A stretch of 64,000 nt of DNA from Candidatus Obscuribacterales bacterium. GTDB taxonomy: Bacteria > Cyanobacteriota > Vampirovibrionia > Obscuribacterales > Obscuribacteraceae. The first letter of the stretch is position 1. Every line of letters begins with the position of its first letter. The position numbers and the translations under genes were made by a program. The notes beneath the pieces were generated by a model, which saw only the letters and a list, made by a program, of their open reading frames with translations, did no database searches and was not told where the DNA came from. The stretch covers positions 3,040,001 through 3,104,000 of the forward strand of contig CBDDIJ010000003.1 in the NCBI GenBank assembly GCA_965228855.1. The letters are read 5' to 3'. Positions 24,757 through 33,563 of the stretch are shown here, piece by piece.

Positions 24757-25575
24757 CTAGTATGGAGCGATGGTGAGTCGAGCTCTGAGGTTTTCCCCTT
24801 TGAAAAAGGTTCTGTTTCCATTGAGGTCGGTGGTGGATTGAGCGCCTGGCAAATTCGCCGATCGGTTTGCTTGACCTCTTTGTCCCGGTGACTGTTGATT
24901 TCGTGGTCCGTCTTCCGATGACTGAGGTGCTTTCTGGAGGTTCGACTTTTGGCTGAGTCGTTCGCCGAAGTCGGTGGTTTGCGAGCCTCCTGTGCCTCTC
25001 ATGAAGCTGCGGAGTCCGTGATCTTCACTTGTCTGTCCGCCCCATCTTTGTATAGGAGCACTTCCCGAGATTCCGCCGCCGCTGTTTATGTTTGTCACCG
25101 TGACCGGTGGTTGATAAAAGTCCGGAGGGGAGTCGATGCTTCCAGGGTCGGAGGTCGGATAGATGGTCGGAGGAGTCAGGTACCCTGCTGCGGCGGCTGT
25201 AGCTGCAGCTTTGCCGTCTTGTCCCGGCGGAATCAATGGCATGCTGACGTGAGATGCCGGCGTCGGGACACCGTAACCGGCGTGACCGGTGTTGATGCCC
25301 ATCGGCGCATAGCCGTCTCCAATCGGGGGGGCCTGTCCTTGAGGAGGTGCAGAGTAAGGGGGCTGCGTCGAACCGTTTTCGACGTTCGGCAACCACATGC
25401 TAGAGTCTGCATCATAATTAGGATTAGGATTCCAGACCTGGGCGTTGGCATTGCCGGTCAGAGAGACTACAGCCACAAGTGCCAGCGTTGCCGCTAACAT
25501 CAATTTGCCGTTTCTCGTCTGAGCCTTGTTCACTTTGTTCTCCGTTTTGTAGGTTTTCCGGTTCGGCAACGTCAT
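24757..25575 (-). CDS. Secreted Pro/Gly-rich hypothetical protein (paralog of 23701-24696)
   Basis: Signal peptide (ANA|Q); PPQGQAPPIGDG, DPGS, RWGGQ, QTTDFG motifs. Confidence 0.78.
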   Translation of the reverse strand: MTLPNRKTYKTENKVNKAQTRNGKLMLAATLALVAVVSLTGNANAQVWNPNPNYDADSSMWLPNVENGSTQPPYSAPPQGQAPPIGDGYAPMGINTGHAGYGVPTPASHVSMPLIPPGQDGKAAATAAAAGYLTPPTIYPTSDPGSIDSPPDFYQPPVTVTNINSGGGISGSAPIQRWGGQTSEDHGLRSFMRGTGGSQTTDFGERLSQKSNLQKAPQSSEDGPRNQQSPGQRGQANRSANLPGAQSTTDLNGNRTFFKGENLRARLTIAPY

Positions 25576-26183
25576 CGCCGCCTCGCGGATTACTCATCGG
25601 ATTCAAAGGTACTACCTGCGGCAAGCCATGTCTGTCGGTGAATCTACGTATACCCCCCCGGTTTTTCCCACTCTCTTCGAAAAATCTGCCACCCATTAAG
25701 AGGAAGTCGAAAGCCTGGCCCTGCGCCAGCTGTCAAGCGGACGGCGAATCAATATACATTCATATAGAATGCTGACCCGCGCATTCGCGGTCGGGCACCC
25801 ACTTCAAACCCAGAGTGAACAAAGTCCAGGATTCTGCAAATCTGATAGCCAATCGACTTCCTTGCCGCTACACGACGAGAACCAAAGCTGATATCGAAAA
25901 CTCGACCATATTGTCGAGCTTAGATATTTGAGGACCAATACACTGGCCAGCATGATCACTGAGTTTCATTCGACAGAGAACTAATGTGTGCCACCACATT
26001 TACACTCAAGATCTGATCGCAAGAGATTTCCAATCGAAGCAAACTCCAAAATTTAAAATCGGAAATCGTCATCAGGATCTCCTACACTCAATCTTGGCCG
26101 TCACCCGCGTTCATATCAAATCAGAAACCGTTTACCTGAGCGCTTTTCTGCCAGGGTCTCGCGAGGTCTTCTTTCGATTCCGT

Positions 26184-26270
26184 TGGAGCCAGGTGGTATC
26201 ACAGTGGTGTCATTGTGGTACCAAGATGGTGTCATACTGGTGGCAATATGGTGGCATCGGTCTGGTATCA
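26184..26270. repeat. Helically phased 11-bp direct-repeat array (TGGTRNCA-N3), candidate protein-binding site
   Basis: Octamers at 26194, 26205, 26216, 26227, 26238 and 26249 (exact 11-bp period), plus 26263 and a degenerate copy at 26184. Confidence 0.88.
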
Positions 26271-26504
26271 AATTCGGTGATAGTTGCGAAGAGCTTCCGA
26301 TAAATGCAAAAGACAAATTGCGAAAAACGCCACAGGCACCATATGAGGTGTCATTAAAAATATCTTCGATAAGCCCGTCAGAATGGGCTTATCGCGCAAC
26401 TGGTGATCGATAAGGTGCCTTCCGGAGCACTCCGGATGGTGGCAAATTGTTTTTACAAACAGGAACTTAGCCGTTATTATATTGTCCAAGAAAGGGGGGT
26501 CTTT

Positions 26505-27137
26505 GTGAGCACGCAACCAGAATTAGCTACCGGATATAGCTTTACTACCCCGGAAGTAAACGAACACGATCATGCGGTATCACTAGACGGCTTGGATCAC
26601 ATCTTCAAGTGGGCATCGGATGTGGTATCAGACGGCGAAGACGAGCGTATTAAAGTCGCCAGAGAGCGCCGCGTTCGCCGGCAGGTCCTTGAAGTCGTAA
26701 CTAAGTACCAGCAGCAGCGACTCGCTGCCAAGACCCAAGACGAAATCGCGTATCTGCAAAGACGCGTGATCGCCCTCTTGCAAAAGGTTCAAGAAATCAC
26801 TGAAGAAAATTCTGCAGTGAAACAAATTATGGTCAGTCAGTATTTTTCAATTCAAAGAATTCCACAATTGGAATTCGAAGTGAAACAACTGAAAGCCATC
26901 GAGTTCGAGCGCGAAGCTGCTGTGACAGAAAGGCGCTACCTCATGGACGCACTTGCAAAGCTGAAAGTGGAACGAGACTACTTAGAGGACACTCTCACAT
27001 CGGCCGAACAAGAGAATTCGAGACTGGCAAATATATTGAGCGATACGAAAGCCGAACTCGAAGAAGTGAAGGCTCGTAGATGGTGGCATGTGTTTTCCCG
27101 ACTATTCAAGAAGGATAACAAAAGCGCATTCGCATAA
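26505..27137 (+). CDS. Coiled-coil protein with C-terminal amphipathic RRWWHVFSRLF motif (ORF track start 26403; GTG at 26505 preferred)
   Basis: AAGGGGG SD before GTG 26505; long heptad-repeat region; terminal WW..F..LF helix. Confidence 0.75.
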   Translation: MSTQPELATGYSFTTPEVNEHDHAVSLDGLDHIFKWASDVVSDGEDERIKVARERRVRRQVLEVVTKYQQQRLAAKTQDEIAYLQRRVIALLQKVQEITEENSAVKQIMVSQYFSIQRIPQLEFEVKQLKAIEFEREAAVTERRYLMDALAKLKVERDYLEDTLTSAEQENSRLANILSDTKAELEEVKARRWWHVFSRLFKKDNKSAFA

Positions 27138-27340
27138 TAACTTCAAGTTCCAATCAAAAGTCTTTTGATTAGAACAAAACCAGCTTTACTCCAGCAGCAC
27201 AGGCGGTCGGAAGGATCGGTCCACCAGGATAAACCAGGTGGACCGGTCTGCTTTTTGCACAGGTTTCAAGACACTCGCAGAAATTGGTTTCAATACACTC
27301 TCAGACATTCTCGCAATCAAATGCTATTGATGGAAGGTTT

Positions 27341-28618
27341 TCAGGACGACGCGTCTTTGACTTTGCCTTCAAAACCACGGGCGGTCGGTTTGTAATACTT
27401 CCGGTTCTGCAATTCCTTCGGCAAACACTTCATCTCTGTTTTAGCATTCTCGTAATCATGAGCATATTGATAGCCGGCACCATATCCGATGTCCTTCATC
27501 AATTTTGTTGGAGCATTGCGAAGATGCATCGGGACTGGATGCTGCATAGTGTTGTTCGCGTCATCAGCAGCCATTCCATATGCCTTGTATACCGCATTGG
27601 ATTTCGGTGCCAGAGCAAGAAAAACAACCGATTGAGCTAGAGCAAGTTTTGCCTCCGGCATACCGATCAACTCAACCGCATGCATGGCGGCAACTGTTTG
27701 TGGTAGCGCCTGCGGTGCCGCCAGTCCAACATCTTCAGACGCGAATCGAACAAGGCGGCGCGCGACATAGAGGGGATCTTCTCCAGCCTCGAGCATCCTG
27801 GCAAGCCAGTACAGCGCGGCATCAGCATCCGAGTTGCGTATGGATTTATGCAGCGCGGATATGATGTTGTAGTGATGTTCTCCACCCTTGTCATATTTTA
27901 AAACAGCTTGTTGAATGGCCTCTTTTATAACTCGTTCGTCGAGTTCATTCAAACCTCGCTTCTTCGCAAGCAGAAGCGCGAGTTCCAAACTATTTAGTGC
28001 AGTTCGTGCATCACCTGATGAATAGACAGCGAGCCTCGAAAGCATTTCGTCAGACGCGGAAATTTTTTCGGCACCTAAACCACGCTCTTCGTCATTCAGC
28101 GCACTTCTAAGAATCGTAAGAAGGGCATCAAGACTTAGTTCTTCAAGTACAAAAACCTTCAGTCGCGAAAGCAGCGCGGAGTTGATTTCAAACGATGGAT
28201 TTTCAGTTGTCGCGCCAACAAGCACGATGGTTCCGTTTTCAACATACGGAAGAAATGCATCCTGCTGAGCTTTGTTGAAACGATGAATTTCGTCAACGAA
28301 CAAAATCGTCCGTTTGCCTTCAATTTTCATGAACGCCTCAGCTTCAGCCATGACGCTCTTAATTTCCTTAATTCCTGATATTACCGCGGAAAAGGCGACC
28401 CAGCGGCTATCGGTATTCTGAGCGATGATTCTCGCCATCGTCGTCTTCCCGACACCAGGCGGTCCCCAGAGAATAAAGGAGACCAGTTCACCACCACCGG
28501 CCATCTCGCGAAGAACACCGCCCTCACCCAGAAGGCGCTCCTGACCGTGGAACTCATCGAGATTTCGCGGACGCATACGCTCCGCTAAAGGTATTTTGCG
28601 CGTCGATACCGCATCCAT
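27341..28618 (-). CDS. rarA: Replication-associated recombination protein A (MgsA/RarA AAA+ ATPase)
   Basis: [64 protein letters not shown]. Confidence 0.96.
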   Translation of the reverse strand: MDAVSTRKIPLAERMRPRNLDEFHGQERLLGEGGVLREMAGGGELVSFILWGPPGVGKTTMARIIAQNTDSRWVAFSAVISGIKEIKSVMAEAEAFMKIEGKRTILFVDEIHRFNKAQQDAFLPYVENGTIVLVGATTENPSFEINSALLSRLKVFVLEELSLDALLTILRSALNDEERGLGAEKISASDEMLSRLAVYSSGDARTALNSLELALLLAKKRGLNELDERVIKEAIQQAVLKYDKGGEHHYNIISALHKSIRNSDADAALYWLARMLEAGEDPLYVARRLVRFASEDVGLAAPQALPQTVAAMHAVELIGMPEAKLALAQSVVFLALAPKSNAVYKAYGMAADDANNTMQHPVPMHLRNAPTKLMKDIGYGAGYQYAHDYENAKTEMKCLPKELQNRKYYKPTARGFEGKVKDASS

Positions 28619-28698
28619 TGGCAGCCCTCCAGACAATTAAAGGCTACCAGAAGAATGGCACAACGGTATGAATCCCGCTAAATTGATAAACTCGGTTT

Positions 28699-30333
28699 CT
28701 AAACCTGAACTGCCTGCAAGTACGACTTCAACTCCGCAGCCGATGTATAGCGCAGTTTCGAGTCTTTACGAAGCGTGCGCATTATAATGCCCTGAAGAAT
28801 GGCAGGCGCTTTGCTCCCGGCTCCCGTCTGCGAAATATGCACGGGGTCGGTGAATATCTGATGCATCAAGGCTTCTGAGACATTGTCAGCTTTGATGGCG
28901 GTTTCTCCAGTCAAAGCCTCGTACATCAAACAACCCAGCGAATAAATGTCGGATGACGGCTCCAACGTCGTACCGCGACATTGCTCCGGGCTCATGTAGA
29001 GCGGCGAACCAAAAACAAATCCAGGCTGCGAAGGCTCCATTGAAAAACCGTTGATCTGTTTGGTGAGCATGGACGTTCCAAAATCGAGAATACGAGCCAG
29101 CGGAGCGGCTGAACCTACAGCGCTGACGATCACGTTACTCGGTTTCATATCACGATGCAACACACCAGCTTGATGCGCATACTCAAGTCCGTCACACAGC
29201 TGGATGAAGAGCGGAAGCGCTTCCTGAGCCGTTAGCGGGCCGCGTTTCTCAATAAAGCGCGACAGCGTGTGACCATGATAGTAGTCCATGATCATAAACG
29301 CCAAACCCTTCTCCGTCACGCCGAAATCCAGGACGGAGACTATGTTTGGATGGGACAGAAATGATGACGCAATCGCTTCGTGCCGAAATCTCTGCAACGC
29401 GTGGAATCGTCTGTTGGCACTCGGATGCATGATTTTGATTGCAACCATCTTCAACATAAATCGATGCTTTGCCTTGTACACAGTGCCGCCTGCGCCCGAT
29501 CCGAGCACGGACAGAATGTCGTATCGGTCGGCAAATATCGTGCCGATCAAATTATCGATTTGGGTCGGACTCCCATCGTATGAGCAAGTATGTTTGTTCA
29601 GAGGCCAGCTCATATGGCAGCGTGGACAGATTCTAGAGAGGCGGTGTTCAGCGCTGACGCGCATGTGCCGAGATTTGTCCGTAGCGCGAACAGTTTCCGA
29701 CCGACTTAAGGATAACTTGGTCATCAATCGTTGAGAGTGGGCATGCACGAAATTAGCATGAACACCCAAGTCTGTCGCGATACCATCCAGATTCACGCCT
29801 TCCAAAATCATATTCAAAATGCGCAACTCTAAATCCGTCAGCGAGCTCTGTCCATCGACCGCATCCGGATCGATAGAGGACAACTGCGAGATAACGGTGT
29901 TTGCGATGTCATCGCTGAGCCACGTTCCATTGTTGTAAACCGAAACGATTGCAGACACTAATTGCTCTTTGTTGACGGCTTTCGCGCAATAACCATCAGC
30001 ACCAGCTCTCAATGCGGAGAGGATGGCGCTCTTGTCAGAATTATTCGAGAGAATCAGTACTCGAGCATCTGTAGCTTTTTTGATTTGCTCGGTGGCGACA
30101 ATTCCGTTGAAGATGGGCAAGCCGATGTCCATCAGCACCACGGATGGTTTCTGCTCGATAGCACCACGAACCGCCTCAGGACCGCTTGCAGCCTCCGCGC
30201 ATACGTTTATATTTTGATTTTCCAGAGCCAGCCGCAAACTCAGTCGATGAAGATCGTCGTCCTCTGCAATGAGCACTCTGATCGGATTATCGTTATATGC
30301 GGTCAATTGTGCGCTTGTATGCGCGTTCTGCAT
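28699..30333 (-). CDS. Fusion of a NarL/LuxR-type response regulator (REC + HTH) with a Hanks-type Ser/Thr kinase
   Basis: AEDD...VLMDIGLP...GADGYCAK (REC); LTDLELRIL...IATDLG (LuxR HTH); GSGAGGTVY, VAIK, HRDMKPSN, DFG, YMSPEQ (kinase). Confidence 0.9.
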   Translation of the reverse strand: MQNAHTSAQLTAYNDNPIRVLIAEDDDLHRLSLRLALENQNINVCAEAASGPEAVRGAIEQKPSVVLMDIGLPIFNGIVATEQIKKATDARVLILSNNSDKSAILSALRAGADGYCAKAVNKEQLVSAIVSVYNNGTWLSDDIANTVISQLSSIDPDAVDGQSSLTDLELRILNMILEGVNLDGIATDLGVHANFVHAHSQRLMTKLSLSRSETVRATDKSRHMRVSAEHRLSRICPRCHMSWPLNKHTCSYDGSPTQIDNLIGTIFADRYDILSVLGSGAGGTVYKAKHRFMLKMVAIKIMHPSANRRFHALQRFRHEAIASSFLSHPNIVSVLDFGVTEKGLAFMIMDYYHGHTLSRFIEKRGPLTAQEALPLFIQLCDGLEYAHQAGVLHRDMKPSNVIVSAVGSAAPLARILDFGTSMLTKQINGFSMEPSQPGFVFGSPLYMSPEQCRGTTLEPSSDIYSLGCLMYEALTGETAIKADNVSEALMHQIFTDPVHISQTGAGSKAPAILQGIIMRTLRKDSKLRYTSAAELKSYLQAVQV

Positions 30334-30756
30334 CTCTCAACACCCTCCGGTATTTGCTGCCGAAGCACCAGACAAAACATAGTCGAGTGAACAAACACCA
30401 ACGACAGCCTTATACAAATCCGATGGACTTGCGCGGTCGACGTCGATGACGAACTCGAACGTGTATTGATATGGTCAGTCGTGTTGGGCGTTATGCCGGT
30501 GATGCCAGATTCCTGAATTCATCGGCTTGTTTTGTCGTATGAGATCAGCGTGAAACTTTTACTTCCGACAAAACTAGAGGCGGGTCGCGGCTGGTAATCC
30601 GCGTAAGGCTCCTTTCTCCGTCTTATCACGGCAACCCAAAAGTCCGCTATCCCTTAAAGGAAGTAGGGAAGCGAAGGTCGAATGAAAGCGTCGACTCGGT
30701 GAGGGTTTTATTAGATAAAGGAGTTACAAATCCACTTCAGGATTCGTAACAACTCA

Positions 30757-31191
30757 TCAGTCCGAAGTCTGGATACTCGCATTCTGCGAAAAAATCATAT
30801 TAACGACAGCAACGCGACGCGTACTATAAGTTTGTGCGGTCAGCTTAACCGCTTCCTCGAGCTCCCGCGTCGCGGGTGCGTAAACATAAACACCCTGCTC
30901 AACGGCTTTAACCAATCCGCACTGCTCGAAGTGCATTAACCCCCCGAGAATCACCTCGGGGTTCATATACAAAGCCTGCGCAATCGACGCGGCGGAATGA
31001 CCATCCAACGTCTGACTGTTGCCGAGCGTGCGCATGTGCAGAAGAAGCTCCAGTTGCCAGACAGACCGGATATTCTTCAAAATAAAACTGGATACAATCG
31101 GCGATAAGTCCGAAATGGTCGCAACCTCTGATTCCCAGTAAGGCGTCACCAGGTCGACGCCACCAACACTCCTAGTGTATTCAATGAACAT
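30757..31191 (-). CDS. Hypothetical protein, winged-helix-like
   Basis: FILKNIRSVWQLELLL...ASIAQALYM...GLV...YVYAP...YSTRRVAVVNMIFS pattern. Confidence 0.65.
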   Translation of the reverse strand: MFIEYTRSVGGVDLVTPYWESEVATISDLSPIVSSFILKNIRSVWQLELLLHMRTLGNSQTLDGHSAASIAQALYMNPEVILGGLMHFEQCGLVKAVEQGVYVYAPATRELEEAVKLTAQTYSTRRVAVVNMIFSQNASIQTSD

Positions 31192-31267
31192 TTCTCGAAA
31201 ATTTCAGTTGAGAACAACGTGAATAAGAGCTATATGATTACTTGTATGAACCCTTCAGAGTTTAATC

Positions 31268-31936
31268 ATGCGAATTCTTCTCGCTGAAGACGATCGGTTT
31301 TTGGCCGACGGACTTTCTCTAGTTCTCAAGGATGGTGGCTACGCTGTAGACGTGGTCGCATCAGGACTCGACGCAGACATCGCCTTGAATCAGATTCCAT
31401 ACGACCTGCTGATTTTAGACCTTGGTCTTCCAAAGATTGACGGCATGGAACTGCTTAAGCGCATTCGCAATCGCGGACAGCAACTCCCGGTGCTCATCTT
31501 GACCGCCCGAGATCGACTGGAGGATCGCGTCACCGGTTTGGATTTAGGCGCCAACGACTATATGACTAAACCGTTTCAGCTGCCCGAACTCGAAGCACGA
31601 ATACGAGCTTTGCTCCGAAAAGAGCAGTGGGCAAATCGCACCGAAGTGACCTTTGGTCCGCTGTCATTCAACACCGTTACGCGAACCCCCGTTGTCGATG
31701 GGGTTCCCCTCGAACTCTCGGCACGCGAACTGGCAATTTTAGAAATTATGGTTCAGAGAATCGGTCGGATCGTCAGCAAAGATCAAATCACGGACATGCT
31801 TTCGAGCTGGGACACGGAAATCACATTCAACGCAATCGGAATCGCGATTCATAGATTGAGAAAAAAATTGGAGTCGCACGGTGTAACGATCAAAGCAATC
31901 AGGGGGCTTGGATACAGACTTGAAGAGTCCGCCTGA
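31268..31936 (+). CDS. OmpR-family response regulator (TctD/QseB-like)
   Basis: LAEDD, ILDLGLP, ILTARD, GANDYMTKPF, IHRLRKKL, IRGLGY. Confidence 0.95.
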   Translation: MRILLAEDDRFLADGLSLVLKDGGYAVDVVASGLDADIALNQIPYDLLILDLGLPKIDGMELLKRIRNRGQQLPVLILTARDRLEDRVTGLDLGANDYMTKPFQLPELEARIRALLRKEQWANRTEVTFGPLSFNTVTRTPVVDGVPLELSARELAILEIMVQRIGRIVSKDQITDMLSSWDTEITFNAIGIAIHRLRKKLESHGVTIKAIRGLGYRLEESA

Positions 31937-33356
31937 TCGCTCCATTCGAATTCAATTATTGAATTCGCTGTTCGCACCTTTGTGCGTACTCTGGCTGCTG
32001 AGCACCGGCGTCGCTTATCTCCTCGCGGTGGGATTCGCAAATGATTCCTACGACGGAAGCCTTGTTAATTCTGCCGACTCCGTGGTTGCAAGACTGAGAT
32101 ACGAAGATGGCAAGGTTATTGCGGATTTACCGGAAGCCGCCCAGGAAATTCTTCGACATCATAACCTGGACAAGTTTTACTATCAGGTTGTGTCGACAAC
32201 AGGCGCAAGAATCACAGGAGATGCCCTTCTTCCTGGTCCGTACACCCGACTCGATGCAAAAGAACCCGTTTTCAGATACGCCACATTGAACGGTGAAGAA
32301 CTGCGCGTTGCTCGAGTACGTGCGGATATCGCCGGTTTTCCGGAAGGACAGGTTCTGGTTCAAGTAGCAGAAACGCTTCACAGCCGACATAGACTCGCAA
32401 ATCAAATCCTGCTCAGCATCATCATCCCGCAGATCTTTCTGATACTGGTAGGTGGAGCAGCTGTCGCGCAAAACGTCTCCAACAGTTTTAAACCACTATC
32501 AGCACTGCAGGAAGCTATCGCGAACAGAACTCAAAAAGACCTTTCTCCTGTTTCAGAAGAGAATATTCCATCAGAAGTGCGCCCACTGGTGACCGCTATC
32601 AATGAGCTTTTGTCGCGCCTTCGCAACGATCTGGAAACCCAGAATCGTTTCGTAGCAAATGCCGCCCATCAGTTCCGCACTCCACTTGCCGGTTTAAAAA
32701 CATACATCTACTATGCCAAGAAACTACTCTCCGGCGAGGACGAGGCAGTTGATCCGGAGATGAGACGCAAACAAATAGATACGGTTCTCGATCAAATCGA
32801 TTCCGGAACCGATAGGATGACGCATCTGGCGAACAAGCTTCTCGCTCTGGCCAAGACGGATCCGGCGATCAGCACCTCGCGTTTTGAAGCAGTCGATCTA
32901 AACTTCATAGTCTCGGAGATAACTTCCGAATTAATTGGAGAAGCGCTTAAAAAGAACCTTGACCTTGAGTTCATGGGATCTGAAGTTCCCGCGATTATCA
33001 AAGGTGACCCACTCAATTTGACCGAGCTAGCGGAAAATCTGATTGAGAACGCCGTTCTTTATACAGAGCCCGGCGGCAAGGTTCTTGTCACTATCGTTAA
33101 CTCCGGACATATTCTTCTTGCGGTACAAGACAATGGTCCTGGAATTCCAGCAGAAGAGCGCGCTCGTGTGTTTGAGCGCTTCTACCGGGCTCTGGGAACC
33201 GACGTGCCAGGAAGCGGACTGGGATTGCCGATAGTCAAAGAAATAGCCACCGCTCACAATGCCGAAGTCTTAATAACCACCGGTCCGAGCGGCTCGGGCA
33301 CGACAGTTGCAGTAACGTTTCCAGCAATGGATGAAAGCGATCGCTCCACAAACTGA
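31908..33356 (+). CDS. Sensor histidine kinase (TctE/QseC-like)
   Basis: Two TMs, VQVAET, FVANAAHQFRTPL H-box, NLIENAVLY, DNGPGI, GSGLGL; overlaps the response regulator stop. Confidence 0.95.
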   Translation: MDTDLKSPPDRSIRIQLLNSLFAPLCVLWLLSTGVAYLLAVGFANDSYDGSLVNSADSVVARLRYEDGKVIADLPEAAQEILRHHNLDKFYYQVVSTTGARITGDALLPGPYTRLDAKEPVFRYATLNGEELRVARVRADIAGFPEGQVLVQVAETLHSRHRLANQILLSIIIPQIFLILVGGAAVAQNVSNSFKPLSALQEAIANRTQKDLSPVSEENIPSEVRPLVTAINELLSRLRNDLETQNRFVANAAHQFRTPLAGLKTYIYYAKKLLSGEDEAVDPEMRRKQIDTVLDQIDSGTDRMTHLANKLLALAKTDPAISTSRFEAVDLNFIVSEITSELIGEALKKNLDLEFMGSEVPAIIKGDPLNLTELAENLIENAVLYTEPGGKVLVTIVNSGHILLAVQDNGPGIPAEERARVFERFYRALGTDVPGSGLGLPIVKEIATAHNAEVLITTGPSGSGTTVAVTFPAMDESDRSTN

Positions 33357-33371
33357 GGTTGAAACTAGCTT

Positions 33372-33476
33372 TTAGAAGAAAGCTGGAATAATTGACGCAC
33401 CAAGCGAAGCGAGAAACGCAACTACCATTATCCAGGTGATGGTCTTAGTGTGTCTTCTGAAAAAATCGCTGTTCAT
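33372..33476 (-). CDS. Small 34-aa single-TM protein (absent from the ORF track)
   Basis: MNSDFFRRHTKTITWIMVVAFLASLGASIIPAFF*: basic N-terminus plus hydrophobic helix. Confidence 0.55.
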   Translation of the reverse strand: MNSDFFRRHTKTITWIMVVAFLASLGASIIPAFF

Positions 33477-33563
33477 AGCTAATCTGCCCGCACGGACGGT
33501 TGACAACAATAAACAAAGATTACCATAGACCTTAAAGCAAAACGTTGGACCGCGCTAAGCATC

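Noticed and set aside
2915..27137. Canonical ICE or prophage
   Set aside because: No integrase, excisionase, flanking direct repeats, tRNA target, cargo or phage genes recognised.
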